From positions 1 to 31,134 of the forward strand of contig JBHLNZ010000037.1 in the NCBI GenBank assembly GCA_048941015.1: a stretch of DNA of 31,134 bases, in the 5' to 3' direction. Shown piece after piece: positions 15,890-26,250 of the stretch. The notes beneath the pieces were generated by a model. It searched no databases and was not told the DNA's origin. It saw nothing but the letters and a program-made list of their open reading frames with translations. This stretch comes from Promethearchaeota archaeon. Lineage in GTDB: Archaea > Asgardarchaeota > Lokiarchaeia > Sigyniarchaeales > SOKP01. Positions within the stretch are counted from its first letter, which is position 1. Each line of letters opens with the position of its first letter. The position numbers and the translations under genes are program-made.

Positions 15890-16855
15890 TTAAATTCTTA
15901 TCCAAAAGGATAAAAGAAATATGTATGACATTAAATAAAGAGCAATAAACACTAATCCTGCTTTTCTATCAACTTTTTTCCGGACTGCAACTATTGTTAT
16001 GACAATGAAACTAGCAATTAACGTAAATAAAACTGTAGGAACAGCAAGACTAGCAGTTACCTCTTGTGGAAAAAGAGCTTGACCGATTCCTATTGATAAA
16101 GTAGAATCTACAATGCAAGAACCAATAATATCACCAATAGCAATCTCGTGATGTTTTAATCTTAATGCATTAATATCAACAGCTAATTCAGGTAAGGAAG
16201 TTCCCACTGCTACTATAAAGAAACTAATAATATACTCATGAACACTAAGCAATTCAGAAATAACAATAACTGATTCAACAATTATGAATGAACTAATAGT
16301 AACACCACCAAATGCTAATGCGGCAATTGCAAAATGGTATACCTTTTTTCTTGGTGCTTTTATTTTTTCAATCTGCTCTACTCTTTGAAGAATACTTTCT
16401 TTATTAGCGTTGTATACCAACCAGATATATATTCCCAAGCATCCGATCATAAGAATCGCATCTAATCGTGTAAAGTAACCTTTTTCAACAACCGTAAAGA
16501 TTAATACTAATGATAAAACTTCACATGCTCCTAATATAATAATATCTTTGCGATGAACATAAAATACGCCTGAAACTAAGGGCAAAATCCCAAAAACCAA
16601 AGTAAGCTGGGTTAAATCTGAACCAACACTATCGCCTACATCTATATCTCCATGCCCAAGCGCACAGGATATTATAGAATTAAAAATCTCTGATATATCT
16701 GTTCCTATAGAAACTAATGCAACCCCAATTACTAATGGAGAAATTCCTAAAGCTGCAGCGAGGATGGCAGAATGCTTAACAGCCCTAATACTACAAAAAA
16801 TAATTGAACTTAATCCTATTAATAATAAAAATATTGCTACTATAAACTCAATCAT
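15890..16855 (-). CDS. Sodium/calcium exchanger family (CaCA, YrbG-like) antiporter
   Basis: Alpha repeats GTDISE...VGDSVGS and GTSLPE...IGDIIGS. Confidence 0.9.
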   Translation of the reverse strand: MIEFIVAIFLLLIGLSSIIFCSIRAVKHSAILAAALGISPLVIGVALVSIGTDISEIFNSIISCALGHGDIDVGDSVGSDLTQLTLVFGILPLVSGVFYVHRKDIIILGACEVLSLVLIFTVVEKGYFTRLDAILMIGCLGIYIWLVYNANKESILQRVEQIEKIKAPRKKVYHFAIAALAFGGVTISSFIIVESVIVISELLSVHEYIISFFIVAVGTSLPELAVDINALRLKHHEIAIGDIIGSCIVDSTLSIGIGQALFPQEVTASLAVPTVLFTLIASFIVITIVAVRKKVDRKAGLVFIALYLMSYIFLLSFWIRI

Positions 16856-17137
16856 TTAACCGAAACCTATTCATCTTTTACCTTGTTTCTTATTTATTCT
16901 ATATCCCCAAAATTGAATTAACTGGTTCGTGTGGAAAAACAAGAAATCTATGAATCAGAGCATTTTAATTATAAATTATTGAATTTCTTTAGAAAAGTAT
17001 CAATTGAAAAATTCCTTAAAATAACCTAATTTGGAGTTGCGATCTTTTATTAGATGAATTATTATTTAAATATTACTTTTTAAGTAGTTTTTTCTTACGA
17101 TAAGAAAAAATTTTCAATTTGAAAAAAGTTAGAAAAA

Positions 17138-17899
17138 TCAATCATTTATTACAGCATCCATTAATTTCATTAAGATATCTCCACCTTTTCCCTGTAAAAA
17201 AACATCTGCGATACCATCCATCATAGTTTTATCTCTATTAATAAAGATTACTCTCGCTCCATGCTGTTTGGCGATAAGAGGCATTAAATTTGCAGGAGAA
17301 ACAAGTAAAGAACTCCCAACCATAAGAAAACAATCACAATTTCTACATTCCTGCATAGCTCCTTCCAATACGCCAAAAGGGAGAGGTTCACCAAAAAGAA
17401 CAACCTTTGGTTTTATTAAACCTCCACATTCACAAACAGGATATTTAACTGACTTAGTTTCAACCATACTAAAATGAAATTCCCTTTTACAATCCAAGCA
17501 TTCCAATTTTTCATAAGAACCATGCAATTCATAGATCGGGATATTATTAAAGCTTCCACTCCCAGCTTTTTGATGTAAACTATCAATATTTTGAGTAATA
17601 ATTGCATTCAATTTACCTAATTGCTCAAGTTTTGCGATTGCATGATGAATTGGATTCGGTTCTGCATTTATTAAGATCTCAGACAGCTCATTATGCATTT
17701 CCCAAAATTTAGTAGGATCTTTTAAAAAATAATGATAATTAGCATAAATGGATGGATCAAAACGAGACCATAATCCTCCTTCAGACCTAAAATCTGAGAT
17801 ACCGGATTCTGTAGATGATCCTGCTCCAGTAAATGCGACAATATAGTTGGAATTCTTAATTATATTAACTGCTTTTATTAGGTCTTTTTGTTCTACCAT
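17138..17899 (-). CDS. cobB: Sir2/CobB NAD-dependent protein deacylase
   Basis: TGAGSSTESGISDFR, TQNIDSLHQKAG, ELHG, CxxC...CxCGG, KPKVVLFGE, GSSLLVSPA. Confidence 0.93.
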   Translation of the reverse strand: MVEQKDLIKAVNIIKNSNYIVAFTGAGSSTESGISDFRSEGGLWSRFDPSIYANYHYFLKDPTKFWEMHNELSEILINAEPNPIHHAIAKLEQLGKLNAIITQNIDSLHQKAGSGSFNNIPIYELHGSYEKLECLDCKREFHFSMVETKSVKYPVCECGGLIKPKVVLFGEPLPFGVLEGAMQECRNCDCFLMVGSSLLVSPANLMPLIAKQHGARVIFINRDKTMMDGIADVFLQGKGGDILMKLMDAVIND

Positions 17900-17925
17900 T
17901 TAATTATACCTCTGAAAATGCTTCT

Positions 17926-18609
17926 TTAAAAGTTATAAAATTTACCTTTATCTTTTAATTTATATAGACCAAATCTCTCTCTTCTTCTATCTCTCATAGC
18001 TAATGTCTGCCAATGCATATCTTTCGTATAAAACTCTGTTTTATGCAATTTTAAAGCTTCATATACCTTGAACCTAAGGTCCCCAATTCTTATTTTTACT
18101 AGATTTTCACCTTGTGCTTTTAAAGGATTATATAATGCATATACATAAAATTCAAGATCGGTCATATTAAGATCTTCAGCTACTTTAACTGCAATTTCAT
18201 ATGTAGCTTGATGATCAGGATGATTATTATTTGAACTCGAAATGACGAATCTGTCTGCATCTTTAACTATATCTTTGATTTTCAATATTGCCTCACTAAT
18301 ATGTTGTTTTAATTCCTGATCATAAAATTTAAGAAAATGCCTATTAGATTTTTTAACACCTAAAAATTCTCCCGCAATATCAGCCTCTGCTAATCTTCTT
18401 CTTGCTAGTTCATCTTCTGTTATTCTTGTATCTTCACAATCTTCTAGCTCACCTAATTCTCTTGATTTTCGAAAACCAGCTCTTCCATCGGTCATCCAAA
18501 TAATATGAACATCATGACCTTCATTAAGCCAAGTCATTATTGATCCTCCAGCTCCAAAACATTCATCATCAGGATGAGGTGTAAAAACTATTATCTTAAT
18601 TCTTATCAC
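17926..18609 (-). CDS. PIG-L/LmbE family deacetylase
   Basis: PHPDDE, TDG, RxxEA, HPDH motifs. Confidence 0.92.
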   Translation of the reverse strand: MIRIKIIVFTPHPDDECFGAGGSIMTWLNEGHDVHIIWMTDGRAGFRKSRELGELEDCEDTRITEDELARRRLAEADIAGEFLGVKKSNRHFLKFYDQELKQHISEAILKIKDIVKDADRFVISSSNNNHPDHQATYEIAVKVAEDLNMTDLEFYVYALYNPLKAQGENLVKIRIGDLRFKVYEALKLHKTEFYTKDMHWQTLAMRDRRRERFGLYKLKDKGKFYNF

Positions 18610-18709
18610 TAATTTTGAATAAAATTGTATTTAAGTAATTTATAATCTTGTAAATCTTTATAAAATTTAAAATCTAATTAACATATCAAAAATAAAAAAC
18701 GATTTAATT

Positions 18710-20152
18710 ATGGCTGAAAATAAGAGGAAATATGAAAATTCAAGGTTAATTATGGCGAGTTACGGTTCGCACCAATTTTTTTCACAATGGATTACTGGTT
18801 CATTTGGGATCTTTGTATTTTATTTCTACGAAGTAGAAATCGGATTAAATGTAACAATTGCTGCTTTAGCCTTCATTATATATTCTGTTTGGAATGCCGT
18901 GAATGATCCATTAATTGGTTATATGTTAGAAAGAGTTCATATGCCTTGGCAACGTAAATGGGGAGTAAAAAGATTTCCTTGGATTATTCTAGGTGCTATT
19001 CCGTGGATGTTTACTTATTTACTTATATTCTTGGTTCCATTTAATTGGGATCCGGTAGGAGATCGATGGTCAATATTTTTATGGTATTTATTGACCCTAT
19101 GTTTGTATGATACACTTTTTACTCTCTGGAATGTAAATGCAGTAGCTTTATATCCCGATAAGTTTAGAGATCTTAATGAACGTCGAACAGCTACCGGAAT
19201 AGGAACTCTAATTGGAATGATTGGCATAGTATGTGCCATGACGATTCCTCCATTACTTGTAAGTCAAGGTGTACCTCAAACATATCGAAATATGGCTTGG
19301 TTTAGTATTGCTATTGGATTTCTTTTATTTTTTTTTATGATTCCAGGAGTTTTTGAGAATAAGAAAATGAGAGAAAGGTATAAACTAGCGAGAGACACTT
19401 TTAAGACTGAGCAGAGAGAACCATTCTTCAAGACAACAAAACGAGTTCTGACTAATCGAAGATTCATGGTAAAAATGATCTTTTTCTGGGGATATCAAGC
19501 AGCAGCAGCACTTCTTCAAGTTTCAGCAGCATATGTTGTAACTTTCATTCTTGATGAAGTTAACTTTATTCTGACAATAATATTAGCTTTTATGTTATTA
19601 GGAGCCGTAATTTCTTTACCAATTTGGACCTTTATTTCGAAAAGAATGAACAATAATAAGAAATTTAGTTTAGTAGCAGGTTTTATGATGTATGCTGCAT
19701 TTATTCCTTTGTTTTTTGGATTAAATATTGGTTTAATTGGATATGCTATTACATTATTTGCATGGGGAATAGGTTTAGGAGCTCAGTGGTTCGCAGATCC
19801 ACCAACAATGGGAGATGTTTTAGATGATGTCGCGATCAAACTAGGAAGAAGGGAAGATGCAGTTTATTATGGCTGGAATGCCTTTTTTATCAGATTAAGT
19901 GCAGCATTTCAAGCAATAATGTTTGCATTAGTTCATTCTTTAACTGGTTTTAAAGAAGGGGCAACAAGCTTATCGCAATTACGATTTCTTAGTCCAAGTC
20001 CTGAGTTAGCTCGATTTGGGATTATAATTCATAGTGCAATGATACCAGCTATAATTGTTCTTATAACAACACTCATATTCTGGAAATGGTATGATCTGAC
20101 GCCTGATAAAGTTGCAGAGAATAAAGATAAATTAAAGGAACTTGGAATTTGA
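18710..20152 (+). CDS. MFS transporter, glycoside-pentoside-hexuronide (GPH) family
   Basis: WNAVNDPLIG, RFPW, ERR, DVLDD...RREDAVYYG; about 12 TMs. Confidence 0.9.
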   Translation: MAENKRKYENSRLIMASYGSHQFFSQWITGSFGIFVFYFYEVEIGLNVTIAALAFIIYSVWNAVNDPLIGYMLERVHMPWQRKWGVKRFPWIILGAIPWMFTYLLIFLVPFNWDPVGDRWSIFLWYLLTLCLYDTLFTLWNVNAVALYPDKFRDLNERRTATGIGTLIGMIGIVCAMTIPPLLVSQGVPQTYRNMAWFSIAIGFLLFFFMIPGVFENKKMRERYKLARDTFKTEQREPFFKTTKRVLTNRRFMVKMIFFWGYQAAAALLQVSAAYVVTFILDEVNFILTIILAFMLLGAVISLPIWTFISKRMNNNKKFSLVAGFMMYAAFIPLFFGLNIGLIGYAITLFAWGIGLGAQWFADPPTMGDVLDDVAIKLGRREDAVYYGWNAFFIRLSAAFQAIMFALVHSLTGFKEGATSLSQLRFLSPSPELARFGIIIHSAMIPAIIVLITTLIFWKWYDLTPDKVAENKDKLKELGI

Positions 20153-20338
20153 AGTTCCTTAATTTTCTTTTTTTAATATTATTATTATTATAAAATTTCA
20201 TTTGATTAATTTTCAAAATTGTAATCACTAAAAAATTAGGTAAGTTTTAAAAAATTTTAAAGATATATTCAATAAACTTAAATTTACTAATTTTGTACTT
20301 TCGAGAAATAAAACTTTAGGGATAAGTTAAGATTCGAG

Positions 20339-21796
20339 ATGAGAATAATGAGTGAAAAAGAAGTTTATGAAAATTCAACTGCAGTAAGAACAAGTTATGG
20401 TTCAAGAGAGTTATTTGGTCAATGGATTTCAGCAGCATTTGGGTTTACAGTTTTCTTTTTTTATGAAGTGGTAATTGGTTTACCTACGATTCTTGCAATG
20501 ACTGCGTTTATTATTTATAGCTTTTGGAATGCGGTGAATGATCCTCTCGTAGGATATGTAATGGAACGAATACATATGCCTTGGGAAAGAAAAAGGGGAA
20601 TTAGAAGGTTTCCTTGGATGGTTATAGCAGCAATTACTTGGGTATTTTCTTATCTTTTAATTTATTTAGTTCCATCCGGATGGTATGGTTCTGCTGCTAT
20701 AGTAAGAGCTAATCAATGGCTAATTTTTGGTTGGTATTTAGGGACCCTATTTCTATATGACTTTTTAGTTGCAATTTGGGATGTTAATGTCTTATCGATA
20801 TTTCCAGATAAATTTAGAGGATTAAACGAACGCCGTTCTGTTCAAGGTTTTGGAACTATACTTGGAATTCTCGGTCTTGTATTAGCTGCAATAATTCCAC
20901 CAATGTTTATTACAACTGGAGTAGCACCTACATATATTACCGCTGCGATTGTAACAATTAGTTTAGGACTCGTTTTCTTTTTATTTACGATTCCTGGAAT
21001 AAGAGAAAATAAGAAAGTATTAGCTTATTACGCTGAACGTAAAGAAAAGGGGTTGGATCAAGAAGTTGAGTCTTTTTTCAAAGCAGCTAAAACAGCATTG
21101 ACTAATCGAACTTTTGTTATTAAGGTATTACATTTTTTTGGATATCAAGTTGGAGGTGTAATGATACAAACATCTGCTTTTTATATTGTAACTTATATCT
21201 TAGATGCACCTGCTGAAACTATAACATTGTTATTAGGATCAATGTTACTGGGAGCCTTAATTTCTGTACCATTATGGACCTATTTCTCCAAAAGGGTTAA
21301 TGATAATAGAAAAATTGGATTAATTGCTGGTTTTGTTTTAGTTTATACATTTATCCCATTTATATTCATAGAAGATCTTATATTATGGATGATATTTTTA
21401 GTCCTTTTTGGAGTTGGTATCGGTGGACATTGGTTTATTGACGCACCACTAATAACGGATGTACTTGACGATATTGCAGTAAAAACAAATAAGAGACAAC
21501 AAGCAATTTATTATGGATATCAGGCATTTTTTGCAAGATTTGGAGGTACATTTATTGCGCTTACAATATCTATAACTCACATTTTAACCGGCTTTATAGA
21601 AGGCATGCCTAGTTTATCCGCTCTTTTAGCTGCAAGTCCTACACCAGAGATGGCACTTTTTGGAATTCGTATTCATTCAGCGATTGTTCCTGCTCTCTTT
21701 GTACTTATTACTGTACTTCTCTTTTGGAAATATTATGACTTAACTCCTGATAAAGTAGCAGCAAATAGGGAGAAATTAAAAGAATTAGGAATATAA
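20339..21796 (+). CDS. MFS transporter, GPH family (tandem paralog of 18710..20152)
   Basis: WNAVNDPLVG, RRFPW, DVLDD; shared C-terminus YDLTPDKVA.N..KLKELGI. Confidence 0.9.
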   Translation: MRIMSEKEVYENSTAVRTSYGSRELFGQWISAAFGFTVFFFYEVVIGLPTILAMTAFIIYSFWNAVNDPLVGYVMERIHMPWERKRGIRRFPWMVIAAITWVFSYLLIYLVPSGWYGSAAIVRANQWLIFGWYLGTLFLYDFLVAIWDVNVLSIFPDKFRGLNERRSVQGFGTILGILGLVLAAIIPPMFITTGVAPTYITAAIVTISLGLVFFLFTIPGIRENKKVLAYYAERKEKGLDQEVESFFKAAKTALTNRTFVIKVLHFFGYQVGGVMIQTSAFYIVTYILDAPAETITLLLGSMLLGALISVPLWTYFSKRVNDNRKIGLIAGFVLVYTFIPFIFIEDLILWMIFLVLFGVGIGGHWFIDAPLITDVLDDIAVKTNKRQQAIYYGYQAFFARFGGTFIALTISITHILTGFIEGMPSLSALLAASPTPEMALFGIRIHSAIVPALFVLITVLLFWKYYDLTPDKVAANREKLKELGI

Positions 21797-21859
21797 TATG
21801 ATTATAAAGTCAAAATTTTTTATAATTCCTATTTTATTTTTTTATATTAAAGAATAATT

Positions 21860-22306
21860 TTATTTATTTTTAAAATCGTAAATGGTATCACAATATTCAT
21901 CACCATCAGCGACAGTCCTTATAATCTTTAATTGAATATCTTCGTTTACTGCAATTCGGAAATATTCAGCATCAATTTCCATCACAGCTTCGCATAATTC
22001 CCTGGAAGTGTTTTCTAACCCAAACGGGCATCTACTTCCTTGAATTTGGAATCTTTCATCCGACAGATCAATAACCTTGATATCATTTGGATTATAACTT
22101 TTAGAGAATGCCATAGCAATCGTTGACAACTTTTTGTTCGGTAATTTATTTTTGATTTTTAAACCAAGAGATCTACCTTGTTTCTTGCACACATCTTTAA
22201 TGATGGGTAATGCTTCTTTACCAAATTTTGAATAAAAAGCCTTAAATAGCATTCCTTGAGCTTCGATAGGATTTTTCGGCAATTTTTCCATATCTTTATC
22301 GTTCAA
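21860..22306 (-). CDS. V4R-like / ATC-hydrolase-like ligand-binding domain protein
   Basis: RCPFG...LCEAVMEID...RTVADGDEYC motif. Confidence 0.7.
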   Translation of the reverse strand: MNDKDMEKLPKNPIEAQGMLFKAFYSKFGKEALPIIKDVCKKQGRSLGLKIKNKLPNKKLSTIAMAFSKSYNPNDIKVIDLSDERFQIQGSRCPFGLENTSRELCEAVMEIDAEYFRIAVNEDIQLKIIRTVADGDEYCDTIYDFKNK

Positions 22307-22358
22307 ATCAACACCTCTTTTTTTAACGATTAGGAAAATGAATTAGGATATATTTATA

Positions 22359-23390
22359 TTACCAGCGCCAGTAAATATCTTCCGCATGACCTAACATTTC
22401 TTTTATTTGAATCTTTTCACCACTATCTAACACTATTTCTCCAGAATATAATCCATGTAAGAGTGAAGAATTCAAATAAATTAATCCAAAGTTTATCTTT
22501 TCTCTATTTGGTATAATTGGTTCTAAAGTCATATTAAACCTATCATCATTACTTGTAAATTTCCATGTTTGAGTAGGATCGCGATCATTTTCATGATGAT
22601 ATGTAACCTCATCAATTTTATGCGCTTTTCCATCATAAAAAATAATGTTTTCCGTATGCGTGCTTAAATCTCCAAATCCATATCCTATATTAAAAGCTAT
22701 TGGTTTTCCATCAACTAGTCCACACGCCGATCCCCAAAGCCAATGAGTTTTATAAGGCCATATTCCTCGTCCCCAATCCATTAATCCAAATGAAGATTCT
22801 GGTTCGAAATTATAGTCTTCATTTCCAAGTTTTATAGTGCCTTTGGCAGGCATATAATTAATTTTATGATTATAATAGAATAATTTTGGTTTCTTGGGCC
22901 CATAACCAGTTACTACTACTGTGTTATCCATCTTAGGGTCATCTTCCAAGGTAATGGAACCTTTTATTCCTTTTTCTAAAAATGAAGAGTCATCAATAGT
23001 AAGAATTCTTTTATCTCCTTTTTTTTCAATACTAGCTTTGAATTTATCAGTAGGAAATTCAATGTAACTATCTTCTAAGGAACTAAGAGGAAGTAATTTT
23101 GATTTGGTAAAAAATTTCATTAAAGACTGTCCACTTCGCTCTTTCTTAGTAAAGTCAAGCCATACATAACTCATTTGTGTCAGATAATATATGTCACCTA
23201 TCGTAATTTGTATTCCGAAATCTTTATTCAAAATAGAATAATGATCCCACTCTTTCAAACGCCATCTTTTATGCTTAATATCATTTTTATTATATTTTAA
23301 AGATGGTTTAGTCCCCCAACCTGCTTCAATAAGGTTACCATCCTTATCTAATAAATTTGATGTTCCAGAAATCCGATTCTGATTAGCCAT
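22359..23390 (-). CDS. DUF2804 family protein
   Basis: RLKEWDHY, FYYNHKIN, DWGRGIWPYKTHWLW, TENIIFYDGKAHK, GHAEDIYWRW. Confidence 0.85.
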   Translation of the reverse strand: MANQNRISGTSNLLDKDGNLIEAGWGTKPSLKYNKNDIKHKRWRLKEWDHYSILNKDFGIQITIGDIYYLTQMSYVWLDFTKKERSGQSLMKFFTKSKLLPLSSLEDSYIEFPTDKFKASIEKKGDKRILTIDDSSFLEKGIKGSITLEDDPKMDNTVVVTGYGPKKPKLFYYNHKINYMPAKGTIKLGNEDYNFEPESSFGLMDWGRGIWPYKTHWLWGSACGLVDGKPIAFNIGYGFGDLSTHTENIIFYDGKAHKIDEVTYHHENDRDPTQTWKFTSNDDRFNMTLEPIIPNREKINFGLIYLNSSLLHGLYSGEIVLDSGEKIQIKEMLGHAEDIYWRW

Positions 23391-23458
23391 AAATTAATAA
23401 ATTTTTCATTAATTTAATTTTCTATTCTTTTGACTTTATTTTATTTTAATTCAATGAT

Positions 23459-24103
23459 TTATATTAAATTTAATTTTAAATACCGAAATTTTACAATTTT
23501 AAGCGTAGATAATAAGCATGACACATTATGTTCTAAAATCAACTCAAAATGACCTTCTTTATAATGAAGGTCCACACTTTTATTATCTCGGAGTAATGGA
23601 TCATCATAGGATTTTTGGTTGATGCTATACAATGCAGGAATAAGCCCTTCTCCATCTCTTATTTGCACATTAACAATTTTAACTGAGTTTAGGAACCTTA
23701 ATTTCTGTAGACTACATATTTTTTTCAGTTGAGATGGCAAGACTTTCTGGAAAAATCGTGCTTCATGATTTGAAAAGCTGAATAGATAAAATCATTGTAA
23801 AATGGAAAGGAGTTCTAGAGCTGCTTTATATAATTTTATTAAGAAATCTTCAGTTTCGATATAAATTTGGTAGATTCTGTTTGAAAAGAGTATTCCTAAG
23901 ATTTTTGGTGGCTGGCACTCTAAATCTATAACTGCTAATCTCAAAGGAAATTAATTATTACTAATAGGAACCATTCGACCTTTAACATATTCATCCTCTG
24001 TTAAGGCTTCAAGAAATCCGTCGATTTGTTTTTTAACTTTTTCATTTTCCTCCGGATCTGAAAGTATATCAAAACTTAGGTGTAGATCTCTAGCTTCTCT
24101 CAT
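23459..24103 (-). pseudogene. Pseudogene of an RNase H-like/DEDD (YprB/RNase_H_2-like) nuclease with two in-frame stops
   Basis: ATG at 24103 reads in one frame to the stop at 23459 (215 codons), interrupted by TAA (23951-23953) and TGA (23792-23794). Contains LAVIDLE (Exo I-like) and ILEHNVSC (Exo III-like). Confidence 0.7.
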
Positions 24104-24225
24104 TCTGGATGCCTCACATTATTTTGGTAAATGGAAACAGCTCCTTTAGAAATCTAATAAGAATGTTGAAAAAACTAAACAAAACAAAAATTCACTCAAT
24201 AATAAAGAAGAAGAAAAAAATCTGT

Positions 24226-25299
24226 TTATAATAGTTTTGAGGATTTCTTTAGTTTCATTCTTATAAGGATTACGGCAACTGATAGAATTCCAATCAGCAT
24301 GAATAAATTAAATCCGGGAATTCTTCCACCATTTTGAGTGGTTGGGATTGGGCAAATCATTAATGGAAAATTATCTTGACTTCCTGCGGGACCAGCAATA
24401 TTATAGGGAATGTCTCCGACTCCATTATTGTCTGAATCTGAACCTGTATAATCATCCCAATAGTTGCCTATTGTTCCATTATCCCATTTATTATTTAAAG
24501 CACCATCATTAGCATGGACTCCATTATCCGTAAAACAATTAAGATATACCTCATTATTTCCGGAAGGGCCTCCCTTAAATTCTATGCCAAGAGTATTTTT
24601 ACTTATGATATTTCTCGTAATATTGTTATATCGAACAAACGACCATGTTTGTATCCCAATTTGATTGGAAATTAAGGTGTTTCCCGTAATATTGTTATTT
24701 TCAGCACCCCCTACATGTAAAACTATTCCCGTTAAATAATTATATTCAATACTATTTCCCGAAATGGTGTTATTATCACCATCATTTAAAAGTATCCCGC
24801 AATAGTCGTTATGGTCTACGATGTTTCCCGAGATCGTGTTATTATGACTGGCATACAAGCTTATTCCGCTATAATTAGGAGAACAAACATTATCAGTTAC
24901 CTGTCCATTATTCGTGTTGTTAAGTTTAATACCTGCTGCAGGATAATCTCCCGAGTTGTAGAGGTTACATTTTTCAATCCTAAAGTACACGGTGGAATTT
25001 TCAATCAAGATACAGCTTCCCGATCCCCCTCCATCTATTTCCAAATCTTCTATAATATAAGGTTCGGAATAAGTACCATTTCCAGTACATATTCCCGCAT
25101 CTTTAGCAACAGACCAATTCATAGTTGGATTAGTATCATCGATGTGAATTGGTGATACAGCTGAGATTTTCAAATTTCCATTATCTGAACAAAATTCTGA
25201 ATTATTTAAGCTGAGATTAATGCTAATTATTGATGAAAAAGCAAAAAAAATTCCTAAAATTATTAGAACAACTATTTTTATTTTTCGATTTGATTTCAT
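24226..25299 (-). CDS. Secreted right-handed parallel beta-helix (NosD/CASH) protein with Loki-CTERM-like anchor
   Basis: GNGTYSEPYIIEDLEID, repeated NNTISGN, GNYWDDY...GDIPY, IPGF + TM + Lys tail. Confidence 0.9.
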   Translation of the reverse strand: MKSNRKIKIVVLIILGIFFAFSSIISINLSLNNSEFCSDNGNLKISAVSPIHIDDTNPTMNWSVAKDAGICTGNGTYSEPYIIEDLEIDGGGSGSCILIENSTVYFRIEKCNLYNSGDYPAAGIKLNNTNNGQVTDNVCSPNYSGISLYASHNNTISGNIVDHNDYCGILLNDGDNNTISGNSIEYNYLTGIVLHVGGAENNNITGNTLISNQIGIQTWSFVRYNNITRNIISKNTLGIEFKGGPSGNNEVYLNCFTDNGVHANDGALNNKWDNGTIGNYWDDYTGSDSDNNGVGDIPYNIAGPAGSQDNFPLMICPIPTTQNGGRIPGFNLFMLIGILSVAVILIRMKLKKSSKLL

Positions 25300-25360
25300 T
25301 TTGAGTTCATCAGAATCTTATTTCGTTATATATATAAAAAGATGTTTGTAAAATTTATTT
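25277..25360. repeat. Repeat A copy 1 (84 bp: start of nosD-like gene plus 5' leader)
   Basis: Matches 27449..27532 with one mismatch. Confidence 0.9.
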
Positions 25361-25472
25361 AAATATTTTTTATCGTTCAACTAGCAAAAATAAGTTTTTA
25401 CTAGTAAAAATGTATTTTTGACTGTGAATTTTTCACTTTATTTTTTAGTTAAAAAAAATAAAAAGAAGTATT
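25355..25472. repeat. Repeat B copy 1 (118 bp promoter/upstream region)
   Basis: Matches 28686..28803 with three mismatches. Confidence 0.9.
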
Positions 25473-25643
25473 CTTCTTCCTCATTAAGCGCATCTACAGC
25501 CCCCATTGGAATCACTCCTCCTATAGTAGATAGCCATTAAAAAAACGAAATAAAATTAGGTTTATGAAGAATCTAGGAGTAATATAAAAGTATTACATTC
25601 AAAAAATTTAAGAAAAAAAAAATTGAATTATTTTATGAATTAC

Positions 25644-25973
25644 TTACCTGTCTTTAGGGGCTTTCATTCCTACTATTGGCATGGCCTCTGTTATATCCAT
25701 GAAAGTCTCAATTTCATATCTATATCCCTCGATATCTACAGAGGCATCTTGAGAACTCTGAACTTGTCGGAGAAATGCTTCTCCAAATTTTCCTTTTACT
25801 ACATCACCGATTCCTATGATTTTATAACCATCCTTGGTCGGTCTTACTCCTATTGCGAGTGTTTTAGATATTGATGGATCTGGGGGATACTTTTTTAGAC
25901 TTTCAAGATAGCTTTTTCCTAACTCACTTGCCTTAGCAGGTGGGATATGTACAGTTACCACCATTAATACCAT
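25644..25973 (-). CDS. Small hypothetical protein (probable ferredoxin-like alpha/beta fold)
   Basis: 109 aa with a strong AAGGTGA Shine-Dalgarno and a purine-rich BRE/TATA upstream. Confidence 0.75.
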   Translation of the reverse strand: MVLMVVTVHIPPAKASELGKSYLESLKKYPPDPSISKTLAIGVRPTKDGYKIIGIGDVVKGKFGEAFLRQVQSSQDASVDIEGYRYEIETFMDITEAMPIVGMKAPKDR

Positions 25974-26250
25974 GTTTTTTCACCTTCTATAAATTATTGC
26001 ATTTTAAATTAGAATTTGATGTGAGTATTAGATTCTTTTTTATAGCATTTAAATTTTACATATCTGTCTAAAATCAGCTCTTAATAAGTCAGTTAAAACG
26101 AGTGAGATGCTAGAGCTTGATAAGCCTGCTACTCTTAAAACTGTTATCAATCAGATTTTTTACTTAATAACTTTTTCATGAAAGGTAAATTCAAAGGCTG
26201 ATTTCAATGAAAATTTCCTTTGAAAAAACTTACCCAAAAATAAATGGATT

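Noticed and set aside
21810-21850. T-rich TATA-like stretches resembling the cluster motif (also near 230-245, 3550-3590, 20160-20180)
   Set aside because: They lie just after stop codons or between convergent genes, fit oligo-T terminators, and lack the exact A-T6-N-TTTA form at promoter spacing.
23792-23794. Selenocysteine recoding of the in-frame TGA
   Set aside because: The same frame also has a TAA, the position is not a Cys-type motif, and I recognised no SECIS.
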